A stretch of DNA of 64,000 nucleotides, from positions 82,026,001 through 82,090,000 of the forward strand of contig NC_043006.1 in NCBI RefSeq assembly GCF_006345805.1. The letters are read 5' to 3'. The notes beneath the pieces were generated by a model. That model was not told where the DNA came from. It was given only the letters and a program-made list of their open reading frames with translations, and ran no database searches. Both the position numbers and the translations under genes were made by a program. Below are positions 22,277 through 35,150 of this stretch, piece by piece; the first letter of the stretch is position 1; the number at the start of each line of letters is the position of its first letter. This stretch comes from Octopus sinensis (taxonomy: Eukaryota).

Positions 22277-23414
22277 TAGCAACAAACAAGATGAAGACAC
22301 ATATCCATCCAATGTAAATAATGTAAATAATGTACTTAATATTTTTATTTCTATCATTATCATCATCATCATCATCATCTATAATATTTTTCTGCTTGTT
22401 GTGCAACAGGAGTTCAAATGTTATGTTGAGCTATAGACAGAAATCTTTAACATAATTTTTCTTATATAGGATACAAGGTTTTCACATCTCTGTAAAGGGA
22501 ACAGTTTATTATACCAATCCCTGTACTTTCCTAGTACTTTAGTTCATCAATCCTGAGATGATGAAAGACAAAGTTGACTTCAGCATGATTTGAACTCAGA
22601 ATATAAAATGCTGAAAGAAACACATCATGGCATTTTGTCTGATGTTCTAATGATTCTGCCAAGGTCCTGTGTTATGTTTTAAATGACCTTAACTATGGAA
22701 TGAAATCAAAGACAATCAAAATGTTTAAACTAACAAAGGTAGGTAAAAATGTTATACTTTAAACAACATTAACTATGGAACAGATTCAAAGAGATAATCA
22801 AAGTCTTCAAAATACTGAAACTAGTTTGAATGTTATGCTTCAAACAGTCTTAATTATAGAATTAAATCAAAAGAAAAAAATCCAAAACCTTCAACATAAT
22901 TAGTCAATGTTATAAAGAACTATAAATTTATGTATCAAAAGAAAAGTGAGAACATTTATATAAAAACGTGTAATGTAGGCCCAACTTTGCACACAGGACT
23001 GAGAATTATTTTTTGAGACATTCTTTTGGTATGCCATCATATACAATATATATTTATTTACATATATGAAGTGCAAATGAAATATATTTATATACAAAAA
23101 GAAAATGTACTTTTTATATTTGTAAAAAGGCATAAAATGAATATATAGAAAGCAGATGAAAATCCCTAAAGAAAATGGAATTGAAAATTAAGAAAAGGAA
23201 AATTCAAACATGGAAAATGTTTTGTAGATTTTTGAATTTCTGATGTTCAAACAGAGAAATGTTTCTTATCTTCTATTCTTTTTAATGGTGTAATAAAAAA
23301 CGTTGCAGGGGATGGTGATAAAGATGCAAAATCCATAAGATATGAATGCTTATAATGCATGCTATGTCCAAAGGTATATTATCAGTTATTATTTTTATTA
23401 GTACTGCATAGAAT

Positions 23415-23593
23415 AGGCAGAGGTGTGGCACATAGGCAGAGGTGTGGCTGTGTGGTAAGAAGTTTGCTTCCCAACCATATGTCTCTGAATTCAGTCCCAC
23501 TGCATGGCACTTTGGCCAAGTGTCTTCTACTATAGCCTTGGGACAACCAAACTCTTGGGAGTGGATTTGGTAGACAGAAACTGAGTAAAGTTT

Positions 23594-23624
<31 letters not shown>

Positions 23625-23830
23625 CTTTGTGTCTGTGTTTGACCATCACCATTGCTTGAAAACCAGTGTTGGTGTATTTATGTCCCTGTAACTTAGCAGT
23701 TCAGCAAAGAGACACATAGAATAAGTACAAGGCTTAAGAAATAAATTTAATAAGTCATTTCATTCAGCTAAAATATTTCAAGATGTTACCCCAGCATGGC
23801 CACAGTTTAATGACTGAATCAAGTAAAAGA
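23415..23830 (+). mobile_element. SINE family A with duplicated 5' end
   Basis: ataggcagaggtgtggc occurs twice at the head, followed by the family consensus. Confidence 0.8.
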
Positions 23831-25192
23831 GGTAAGAGAGATAAAGGAGATATGGAATAAAAGAACAGCAGAAACAGTAGTACAGAGATGTTATTAAGTA
23901 CTTTCTTGTATGATTCCAACCAACTGAACTTGAAAAGCCCTACTGTGGATTTTCTTAAAAGAAAAAAAAAACCTTACTGTAATTTTAACACGATGAAAAA
24001 ATTTAAGTGTTATGCATTCAAGAACCTTAACAATGGAATGAAATTGAAGATGGAGTCTTTGACAGCAATAAAGTTTGTTCAACTGTGGCTCCTCCAACAA
24101 TATAGAAAATGAAATGAAACCAAATGAAATGAAAGCAAACTAAAGAAACTCTCTAACAAAACAAAATAATGTTACTGCAATGGAAGAAATTGTTTCAGTG
24201 CAAGAAAAATAGAACTCAAACTTTTCAGACATAATCCTTTTCTTTTACAATAAAGTAATTTATCCCATTCCATGAATTTTTTTGTATTTACTATTTACTA
24301 ATGGAGACAACTTTGGAACTTATTCATGCATGGATTTTTCTTTTTTCTACCATCAGCTTCTCTAACACTTTGTATTACACCATAAAAAAAATAAACAGTG
24401 CTCTGTTTTGAATATTAGAAATTCAAAAATTTGCAAAAAAATTTGCATTTTTAAACTTACTTTTACTTAATTTTTAATCCCTTTTTCTTAAGGGATTTTC
24501 AGCTGCATTTAATATGTCTGTTTACATCTATAAAAAGTACTCTTTCTTTTTGAGTATAAAATATATCCCATCACATTTCAAGAATATAAATAAAAATGTA
24601 CTATATTTCATGTAATATAAGACACTTTTCCCACCAAAATGAACTGAAATTTTGCTAATGTATTACATGTTTCAATGAAATAAAAATTTATTCCTGAACA
24701 TGCACTGACATTTGGATGCATCCTGTATACCTATACCATTAAATGCAGAACATATGTGATTATGACTGTCACTTTGTGTGTATGTGTATATGTGCATGTG
24801 CGTATGTGCATGTGTGCATGCACTCATGCATGTTCTCTGCAATTACAATTGCTTTTTCATCCTTAATGAATTGAAAAACAGCAATTTTAAATTTCCAGAA
24901 AGTGAAAACATTATAATGTAAACAATGATTTCATCAATGAATACACAATGTTCTCATGACTTTGTGAACTAATAAAGCTATTACAAAATATTTATGTTCT
25001 TTAGCCATGCCATTAATATCATAAAACCATTTATAAAACATTGAATTCTGATTTCGTATTGTTTCTTGGAGATTTTTGCAAGTACATTTTATACTTTTTT
25101 TTTATTTTCAGATGTTGAATCTCTGATATTCAAAACAAAATTAACAATCATTCCTTCCCTTATAAATTAAAAAATATAAAAATATGCCCTTT

Positions 25193-25428
25193 TAAAGCCT
25201 AGCCAGGCTCATGGGCCTGGTTTCCCGGTTTCTATGACATATGTGTTCCCCAGTTGGATGGGACACCAGTCCATTGCAGTGTTACTCATTTTTGCCAGCT
25301 GAGTGGACTGGAGCAACGTGAAATGAAGTGATTTGCTCAGGAACACAACACGTCGCCCGGTCCAGGAATCGAAACCACAATCTTACGATCATGATGCTGA
25401 CACTCTAACCACTAAGCCATGCACCTCA
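25193..25428 (-). mobile_element. SINE family D
   Basis: Shares the tail gcctagccaggctcatgggcc..gtttcc with 55895-56195. Confidence 0.75.
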
Positions 25429-25632
25429 TCTTTCCTTATACACATTTTCCATGAATTTGAATTCCAAGCTTTTGGCTTGATAGCCACAATGTTTCTCAGA
25501 GTGGAGCATGATACTATTTTCGTGTAGTGTGGTGTGATGGGTTACTTCAAAATGAATAAAACTTTTAATAATGATAAAAATTTGAAGTAAAACTTCATTT
25601 GAATACATGCATGCATATATGTATGTGTGTGT

Positions 25633-26462
25633 ATCATCATCATCATCGTTTAGCGTCTGCTTTCCATGCTAGCATGGGTTGGACGGTTCAACAGGGGTCT
25701 GGGAAGCCAGAAGGCTGCACCAGGCCCAGTCTGATCTGGCAATGTTTCTACGGTTGGATGCCCTTCCTAACGCCAACCACTCTGTGAGTGTAGTGGGTGC
25801 TTTTTACGTGCCACCGGCACAGTTGCCAGACGAGTCTGGCAAATGGCCACGATCGGATGGTGCTTTTTACGTGCCACCGGCACGGGAGCCAGGCGAGGCT
25901 GGCAATGGCCACGATCGGATGGTGCTTTTTACGTGCCACCGGCAAGGGGGCCAGGTGAGGCTGGCAACGGCCACGAACGGATGGTGCTTTTTACATGCCA
26001 TCGGCACGAGGTCAGTCAGGGCGGTGCTGGCAATGGCCACGTTCGGACAGTTCTCTTACGTGCCACCGGCACTAGTATCACAGCTGCAATTTCCATTGAT
26101 GTTGATCGATTTCGATTCCGATCCTCACTTGCTTCAACAGGTCTTCACAAGTAGAGTTTTGTGTCCCAAGAAGGAAAGGTATGCATAAGTGGACTGGCTA
26201 CATCCCGTGTAGAGCCCACGGGTTATGGTCTCACTTGTCCTGCCGGGTCTTCTCACGCACAGCATACTTCCAAAGGTCTCGGTCTCAAGTCATTTCCTCA
26301 GTGAGATCTAAAGATCGAAGGTCGTGCTTCACCACCTCGTCCCAGGTTTTCCTGGGTCTGCCTCTTCCACAGGTTCCCTCAACCGCTAGAGTGTGGCACT
26401 TTTTCACACAACTATCTTCATCCATTCTCGCCACATGACCATACCAGTGCAAACGTCTCTCG
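25633..26462 (-). mobile_element. 5'-truncated RTE LINE: ORF end, 3' UTR with 62-bp tandem units, (GAT)n tail
   Basis: ERRLHWYGHVARMDEDSCVKKCHTLAVEGTCGRGRPRKTWDEVVKHDL is the RTE C-terminus. It continues without a break into the family C sequence. Confidence 0.9.
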
Positions 26463-26477
26463 TGTGTGTGTGTATAT

Positions 26478-26565
<88 letters not shown>

Positions 26566-26650
26566 TTAGCAAGTATAACTCCAAACTTACAGGGAAAAAT
26601 TCAATTTAGTATTAAATCAAATTTCACAATATAAATATATATATATATAC

Positions 26651-26973
26651 ATAAATTAGAGAAAAACCACTATTATGTAATTCAAACAATGATAGACGTA
26701 AATCACACCATATAGAAAAAATGAAATATATGACAAAACATTTACCTAGATCACAATAAAGTACATAATAATAAACAGTATATAATTAACATTATATACT
26801 GTTATATAATAATTAATATTATTAATATTAATTATTAATTATATACTGTTTATTATTATGTATTTTATTGTGATCTAGGTAAATATTTTATCATATATTT
26901 TATTTTTTCTATATGGTATGATTTACGTCTATCATTGTTTGAATTACATAATAGTGGTTTTTCTCTAATTTAT
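26651..26973. repeat. Long palindrome: 139-bp arms, 45-bp spacer, (TA)n flanks
   Basis: 26651-26789 vs the reverse complement of 26835-26973 differ at 5 positions by manual comparison. Confidence 0.95.
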
Positions 26974-27789
26974 ATATATATATATATATATATACACACT
27001 CACACACATATACATATATACAATCACACAGTCTCAAAATGCATTACAAAAACATACTTTAAATGTTGGTAAGCTGAACAACAACAAAAACTGGTCCTGT
27101 TTTTGTAAAATATAACTCTCCTGCTAATGCACAACCTCTTTTAGGTACAAAATGCACAAAAATTTACTTAGTAAAGCATTTTTTTAATATAAAAACTGTT
27201 TTCTAAATGAAAACTTACCCAAAACATGTGATTGCCTCCCTCTTTTGTGTGAGTGTATGTAAAACACACCTTGTGAAAACAAGCGTTAACATTTTTATAA
27301 TAAAACTGTCATATAAATAATTTAATGTGAAAAAATATTTTTTGTGCACACACACGCACACGTATATATTATTGTGTTTTGAAAAAGTCATTATACCAAT
27401 AATAATAACACATGTACAGGTGCAATTCCACTTCTTTATTGTTAGTCAATTGATTAAGTAACTAATCAACAAAATAACCAATCGTTAGTTTAATGAGCTA
27501 GTTAAAAAATCAGTCAGTAGGAATGAGAGGGGGGAGTCAGTCACTGAAAAGGTCACAAACAACAATGAAACAACCGATTGATTGTTTAACCAGCACACTA
27601 AGCAAATGAGTGATTAGTTAGTTGATTAGATGTTTAACCAATTGATGAATAATGAAGAAGTGATATTGAATCCGTGTGTGTGTGTGTTGTTATTATTGGC
27701 ATAATGACTTATCCAAGAAATGACAAAATATGTCTCAATCAACACACAAGTTCACATCAAGAATTTTACAATCCAAACACAAAAGTGAA

Positions 27790-27829
<40 letters not shown>

Positions 27830-27832
<3 letters not shown>

Positions 27833-28155
27833 GGTGTATGGTTTAGAGGTTAGGATAATGAAATCACAACTGTAAGGTCATGAGTTCGAGTCCTGACAGC
27901 ACGTTGAGTCCGTGAATAAAACATTTTATTTCGTGTTGCTCCAGTCTACCCAGCTGGCAAAAATGAATTGTACCTCTAATTCAGAGGGCTGGCCTTGTCA
28001 CATTCTGTGTTGCACTAACTCTCCTTGTGAACTACGTTAAGAGTACACATGTCTGTAGAGTGCTCACCCATTTGCATGTTAACTTCATGAGCAGTCTGTT
28101 CCATTGATTGGATCAACTGGAACCCTCATCATCATAACTAACAGAGTGCCAGTTA
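27830..28155 (+). mobile_element. SINE family D variant
   Basis: Colinear with 18651-18970. Confidence 0.7.
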
Positions 28156-28203
28156 TATATATATATATATATATATACAATAGAAATATCTACCTATGAT
28201 ATA

Positions 28204-28251
<48 letters not shown>

Positions 28252-28386
28252 ATGCAAGAAGAAAATAATTTAAACTACAGTTTATCTGTTGAATTACCAG
28301 CTACCATATACCTTTACCAAGGACTGTACCTACACAGTTAATCACCAGGATTTAACCATTCCTTAGAGGTTTTAAACATTCTAACT

Positions 28387-28452
<66 letters not shown>

Positions 28453-28472
28453 TTCTAACTAATATATAACAC

Positions 28473-28525
<53 letters not shown>

Positions 28526-28789
28526 TATCAAAGATGTTATAATATACAGGTAATTATAATTGTGGATATTGTATTTTAAAAATACTGAAGTTGAAAATAA
28601 CTCTGATCTAAAGTCATTTTTCTTGGATAAGTAAATTGAAACCTTACACTAAATGAACAAGCTAATGAGGGAGTTCTCATTTATTACAAAACCCAGCTAA
28701 AATCTTTAACGAGCTTCTACCAATTTTGAAATAACGAACCACATTTAAAACCCAAAGAGGCAACTGTCCAATAAAGATAAGATAATCAT

Positions 28790-29250
28790 CATCATTTAAC
28801 AGCAAGCTTCCATGCTGCTATGGGTTGACAGTGTGGTAGGTTCTAACAAGTTGGAGGACAGTATCATGCACCAATGTCTCCTTTGGTATGATTTCTATGG
28901 TTGAATGCCCTTCCTAATGCCAACTATTTCACTGTGTGTCCTGGGTGATTTTTATGTGGTTACCAACGTTGCTTCACTGGCACCTGTGCCGGTGGCATGT
29001 GTAAAAAGATTCAAGCGAAGTCATTGCCAGTGCCACCTGACTGGCCCTCATGCCAGTGCCACATAAAAAGCACCCACTACACTCTCGGAGTGGTTGGCGT
29101 TAGGAAGGGCATGCAGCTGTAGAAACTCTGCCAGATCAAGATTGGAGCCTGGTGCAGCCATCTGGTTCGCCAGCCCTCAGTCAAAATCGTCCAACCCATG
29201 CTAGCATGGAAAGCAGACGTTAAACGATGATGATGATGATGATGATGAAT
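28790..29250. mobile_element. Two family C copies head-to-head (28790-28960 minus, degraded; 28960-29250 plus)
   Basis: (CAT)n/(GAT)n tails at both outer ends, gcccttccta and ggaagggcat cores. Confidence 0.75.
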
Positions 29251-30194
29251 ATCATTAAGAGTAATCACCTTATGACTTGAAGATTAAGGCCTTGAAGTAG
29301 CCCCTATTACCAAGGGGAATCAAATTGATGGGGCTATGTAATTATTAGAATCTTTAAAGAAATAACTATACAGATAGAAGTGATAGGGGGTACTCCCTAC
29401 TTTTACTCTAGAACCAATAACAGCAGTAACAATATGTAAATCAGCAACATCAGCAAGTGTACAGTATGGGCCAACAATAGATCCTGTATGTGCTAGAAGT
29501 AGTTACTAAGTCTCCCTCAAATTACAACATAGAGTTTTATAGAAGGAGAGACATATTGGATAATGCAGTTTGAGGATACACTGTAACCGTAGTTGGAAAG
29601 CTCAATTAGGGCAAACCTAGGGTTAAACAACAAGTGCATGATATCTTTGTAATCGTTCCAAATTTTTGCTGCAATATGCTAAAAGAATATTAATGCATTA
29701 GAACAATGCATTTAGTGTCTAAGGGTTGTTTCCTAACTGCAGGAGGGACTACGACATAAGCAGTTAACTTGTTTAATTGTTTTATCAATCCGGCTAAATG
29801 TCATTAACTGCCCTATCATGTATTTAGTGCCACACATGCTTCCTTTCAAATTGCTAATAAACTAACTCTACTGATAGAAGCATTTTATAACGTCTATTTA
29901 AATATTTAATTTGAAATATGTGAATGTTAACATGACCTAGCTGTCCAAGTGAGAATAGTCATTTCCAAAGCTTTCTTTTATCAGTTTAGTTTCAAAACTC
30001 TTCAGCAACTGCTCTTTTCTCTTCCCTTTTTTTCTTCTTTCTATCTACATCGCATTCTCTATGTTTTATTTTCATTTCGCTTTGAACACTTTGACTTGCA
30101 TCTGGTGCCTGTTCTTAATATTGCATAAAGTTCTTCCAGAGAACCACAAAGAGTCTTCTTAAGATGAGAATGGTATATATATATATGTATATAT

Positions 30195-30423
30195 ATTTTT
30201 TACTACCCACAAGGGGCTAAACACAGAGGGGACAAACAAGGACAGACAAACGGATTAAGTCGTTTACATCGACCCCAGTGTGTAACTGGTACTTAATTTA
30301 TCTACCCCGAAAGGATGAAAGGCAAAGTCAACCTTGGCGGAATTTGAACTCAGAACGTAACGGCAGACGAAATATGGCTACGCATTTCGCCCGGCGTGCT
30401 AACGTTTCTACCAGCTCGCCACC
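30195..30423 (-). mobile_element. SINE family B, full length
   Basis: Matches the other B copies. Confidence 0.88.
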
Positions 30424-30426
30424 TTG

Positions 30427-30479
<53 letters not shown>

Positions 30480-30715
30480 CCATGTGTTCACCAACTAATA
30501 ACAAGGTCTTTTCTCCCTTCGCTTTGAAGAGCCGGTTATAGGCTACTGGCCATTAGGTTCTGAAGAAACACTGTAAAACTAAGCGATTTATGGACATGAA
30601 ACCCTGGGTAATCTCATAGACAGGCCATAACTATCTTTATCTAGTTACTCTACTGCTTTATAACTTAGAGCATGCTGCTCTTTTGGATTTATGATTTGCT
30701 GAGGATATATATATG

Positions 30716-30771
<56 letters not shown>

Positions 30772-30814
30772 AATGAAAGAATGGAGTCGAACGACGATTT
30801 AACAAAATTCCTTT

Positions 30815-30896
30815 ATTCTCGACATATGTTTCGAAGACTGCATATTCTTAATTCCGAAGGAATAAAGGGTGCATTATGCCGTCTTCTCATCAGGAA
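30815..30896 (-). ncRNA. Type-I hammerhead ribozyme-like motif (family H2), canonical core
   Basis: Minus strand: ttc-CTGATGA-gaagacggcata…tatgcagtcttc-GAAACATATGTC-gag. G10.1-C11.1 pair, 11-of-12-bp stem II, palindromic stem III and GUC triplet. The stem I 5' arm is short because a family A SINE begins at about 30897. Confidence 0.72.
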
Positions 30897-31310
30897 GGTG
30901 TGACTGTGTGGTTGAGAAATTTGCTTCCCAACCAGGTGGTCTTGGGTTCAATCTTACTGTGCAGCACTTTGGGCAAATATCTTCTACTGTAGACCTGGGC
31001 CAGCCAAAGCTTTGTGAGTGAATTTGGTAGACAGAAACTAAAAATAAGCCTTTCATGAGTGGGTGTGTGTATACATATATATACGTGTGTATGTGTGTGT
31101 GTGTGTATGTGTCTTTGTGTTTGTTCATCACCACCACTTTTCTATTGTGTTGGTTTATGTCCCCATAACTTAGCAGTTTGGCAAAACAGACCAATAGAAT
31201 AAGTATCAGGCTTATAAAAAGAACTACTGAGGTCAATCTCTTCACCTAAACCTATCGAAGTAGTGCACCGAACTTGGCTGCAGTCCAATGACTGAAACAA
31301 GTAACATACA
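30897..31310 (+). mobile_element. SINE family A
   Basis: Family consensus, followed by a (CATA)/(CA) array. Confidence 0.78.
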
Positions 31311-31315
31311 TACAT

Positions 31316-31369
<54 letters not shown>

Positions 31370-31595
31370 ACCACACACACACACACACACATACATACAC
31401 ACATACATACACACACACACACATACATACACACATACATACATACACATACATACACACATACACACACACAAACACATACACACATACATACATACAC
31501 ATACATACACACACACATACATACATACACACATACATACATACATACATACATACATACATACATACATACATACATACACACACACATACACA
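31305..31595. repeat. Compound (CATA)n/(CA)n microsatellite
   Basis: Direct reading. It is the source of four spurious ORFs in the track. Confidence 0.95.
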
Positions 31596-32454
31596 CTCCT
31601 CATCATCATTTTAATGGCCATCACTTAAATTATTAGTGCTCTTGAGTAGTACCTCTATGATGCACATTATCATTTTCTACTTCTCAAAACATTTGATACT
31701 ATGCTGCTGTTGTTTAGTTCCAGGTCAGGCAACAAACAAAGCTGATTTTTGATCAGTCATTCCAGCCGAGATCATCCCAACTTTCCCTTTCTTTTACAGA
31801 TTTTATCTAGAGTTTACATTAGCCAGCATGACTTCCTTTTATAAGGACCATAAGATGTGATTTGAGGGAGATCTAACTTGTATTACTAGCAGGGTGAACA
31901 AACATGTGCTTGTTGTTGTTTAACCTCAGAACAACCCTTGGTTGAACAGAATAATGACTGTCTCATCATTTGCACATTTTTTTCAGAGACTGTACATCTA
32001 GAACTACATTATCCAACCAATGTGTCCTTCTTTTTTAAGATAATAAGGTTGTAATTCATGGGGGACTTAACATCTATTTTTCATGGTTTCAGAGGAAATT
32101 AACACACAATTTTCATAACTTTTCTTCATAGGCACAGATATGACTATATGGTATGAAGCTTGCTTCCCAACCACATGGTTCTGGATTCAGTCCCACTGGA
32201 TGGCACCTTAGGCAAGTGTCTTCTACTCTTATAGCCTTAGTCTGACCAAAGTATTCTGAGTGGATTTGATAGATGGAAACTGAAAGAAGCCCATCATATA
32301 TATATAAAACACAAATTATTAGCAAGAAATGCTTCACAGATGGAGATTTTATATTTTTATTAATGTATTGCTACATGTGTTTCAACATGACATGTAGTTT
32401 TATGGGACCACCTCACCATATCCATAGGGTATTATTAAACATTATTCATAGCTA

Positions 32455-32630
32455 TAGGCGCAGGAGTGGCTGTGTGGTAAGTAGTTTGCTTACCAACCAC
32501 ATGGTTCTGGGGTCAGTCCCACTGCGTGGCACCTTGGGCAAGTGTCTTCTACTATAGCCTTGGGTCGACCAAAGCCTTGTAAGTGGATTTGGTAGACGGA
32601 AACTGAAAGAAGCCCATCGTATATATGTTT

Positions 32631-32726
<96 letters not shown>

Positions 32727-32910
32727 TGTATATGTTTGTGTGTCTGTGTTTGTCCCCCCAACATCACTTGACAACTGATGCTGGTGTGTTTACGTCCCCG
32801 TAACTTTGCAGCAAAAGAGACCAATAGAATAAGTACTAGGCTTACAAAGAATAAGTCCTGGGGTCGATTTGCTCAACTAAAGGTGGTGCTCCAGCATGGC
32901 CATGTAGGAC
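32455..32910 (+). mobile_element. SINE family A, full length
   Basis: ggcgcaggagtggctgtgtggtaag head through gctccagcatggcc tail. Confidence 0.88.
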
Positions 32911-34431
32911 TGAACACAAAATAGACAAAATATGAAGTAGAGCTTTTCTTTTCGGGAAGAAGGAAAAAAAAGGGGGGACAAATTCCGATCAAAAGGGATC
33001 GTGAAAAAAAAAAAAATTGGGGACAATCAATAGGGATTGTGTATCACAGAAATCATCATCATCATCATCATCGTTTAGCATCCACTTTCCATGCTAGCAT
33101 GGGTTGGACGGTTCAACTGGGGTCTGGGAAGCCAGAAGGCTAACAGATTAGGTTTGTCCGTGGATAGGAAAGTCTACAGAAAAGACCATGGGAACCTTGG
33201 GCAATAGTGTATAAACTACTAAATAGAAGGATGTATAGATAGAAGCAAGAACTTCGAGAGAGATAGTTATATTTGTGGAAATGGAATATGGGGAGGAGAA
33301 AGAAAATGAAAAGAAGAGGGGGAGATAAAACTGTGAGTTGTATTCAAGTGTGCACCGACAGGAAAAAAAAAAAAATTGGGGAACATGGGGGAAGAGAGAC
33401 AGAAACAGGAAAAGAAAAATGAATGTATTGAAGATGAGACATATTTAGCTGACATGGGAATAGGACACCATCCAGCACACCATCCCCACCTGTATTTCTC
33501 TAATAAATAGACAAATAGTTAAAATAATGAGTAAAAGGTTTTTTTTTCCATCATTATCTGTTTTGGATTATATGTATCTTATACTACATGGAGTAGGAGT
33601 GCCATGTATATAACAATCCCATACAGTTAACTCAGTATGTTGGGAATGATATACGGTAGCTAGTGACAAGTAGCATAGGAGCTTCCATAAGTGCATTCAT
33701 ATGCATCTGCCATATACAAAATATGAATAGTGTGTGTGTGTGTGTGTGTCTGAGTTTGTTCTCCACCAATACTTGACAACCTGCGTTAGTGTGTTTACTT
33801 TCCCGTAACTTAGTGGTTCAGCAAAAAAGAGTGATTGAACAAGCACGAGGATTTTAAAAAATAAAATAAGTATTGGGGTCGATTCATTTGACTTTAAAAT
33901 TCTTCAAGGCAGTACCCCAGCATGGCCACGTTCTAATGACCGAAACAAGTAAAACATAAAAAATATTTTGGTAAACAAAAAAAACATGAAAATTTTCCTT
34001 TATGATAGACCCACCATAAGTTTTGACAATAATCATACAGATACTCACTCAACTTAATGACCTACCAGTTAAATTAATATACTGTATAAGTGGCTGAGTA
34101 TTCCACAGATACACATACCCTTAACATCATTTTTAGGTTGAATCAACAAGAACAAACTATGTGTTACAAGACTGGCCTTTCAAATTACAGGCACATACAA
34201 TGAACCGGATGCATTTCCATTCAGTTTACATCCATTTAATTTCACTCATAAGGTTTTAATCAACTTCAGGCTAGAAAATAAAACACTCTAACCTAAAATA
34301 CCCATGTTTATCACTAGTTTCCCCATATAGTGGCAATAGGATAGATTTTGGTTACCCTGTGCAGTAGAGCTAAATTCTCCACTTCCTTTGTGAAATGGAA
34401 TATAACTTTGTATACGTACTAGGCAAACACA

Positions 34432-35100
34432 CAGGCGCAGGAGTGGTTGAGTGGTAAGTAACTTACTTGCCAACCACATGGTTCTGGATTCAGTCCCACT
34501 GCATGACACCTTGGGCAAGTGTCTTCTACTATAGCCTCAGGCCGACCAAAACCTTGTGAGTGGATTTGGTTGATGAAAACTGAAAGAACTCCGTCATATG
34601 TGTGTACGTGTGTGTGTGTGTGTCTCTATGTTTGTCCCCATCCTCATCATTGCTTAAAAACCGATGTTGGTGTGTTTACATCCCTGTAACTTAGTGGTTC
34701 GGCAAAAGATCTAATAGAGTAAGTACTAGGCTTACAAAGAATAAGTCCTGGGCTCGATTTGTTCAACTAAAGCAGTGCTCCAGCATGGCTGCAGTCAAAT
34801 GACTGAAACAAATATATGAATAGAAGTATATGAACATATATATATATTTGTTTTAGTCATTTGAGCACCGCTTTAGTCAAACAAATCGACCCCAGGACTT
34901 ATTCTTGTAAACCTAGTTTTTATTCTATTAGATCTTTCGCCGAACCACTAAGTTATGGGGACGTAAACACACCAACATCGGTTGTTAAGCAATGATGGGG
35001 ATGGGGACAAACATAGACACACAAACACACATATATATGATGGAGTTCTTTCAGTTTCCGTCTACCAAATCCATTCACAAGTCCGAGGCTATAGTAGAAG
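34432..35100. mobile_element. Tail-to-tail family A pair (34432-34815 plus; 34845-35100 minus)
   Basis: Two copies in opposite orientation, about 30 bp apart. Confidence 0.8.
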
Positions 35101-35102
35101 AC

Positions 35103-35150
<48 letters not shown>

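Noticed and set aside
25679-26188. 169-aa ORF, the longest in the track
   Set aside because: Antisense reading of the GC-rich RTE 3'-UTR tandem units. The repeated GAFYVPPA simply reflects the 62-bp unit.
31142-31624. CVCMY- and HT-repeat ORFs
   Set aside because: (CA)/(CATA) microsatellite.
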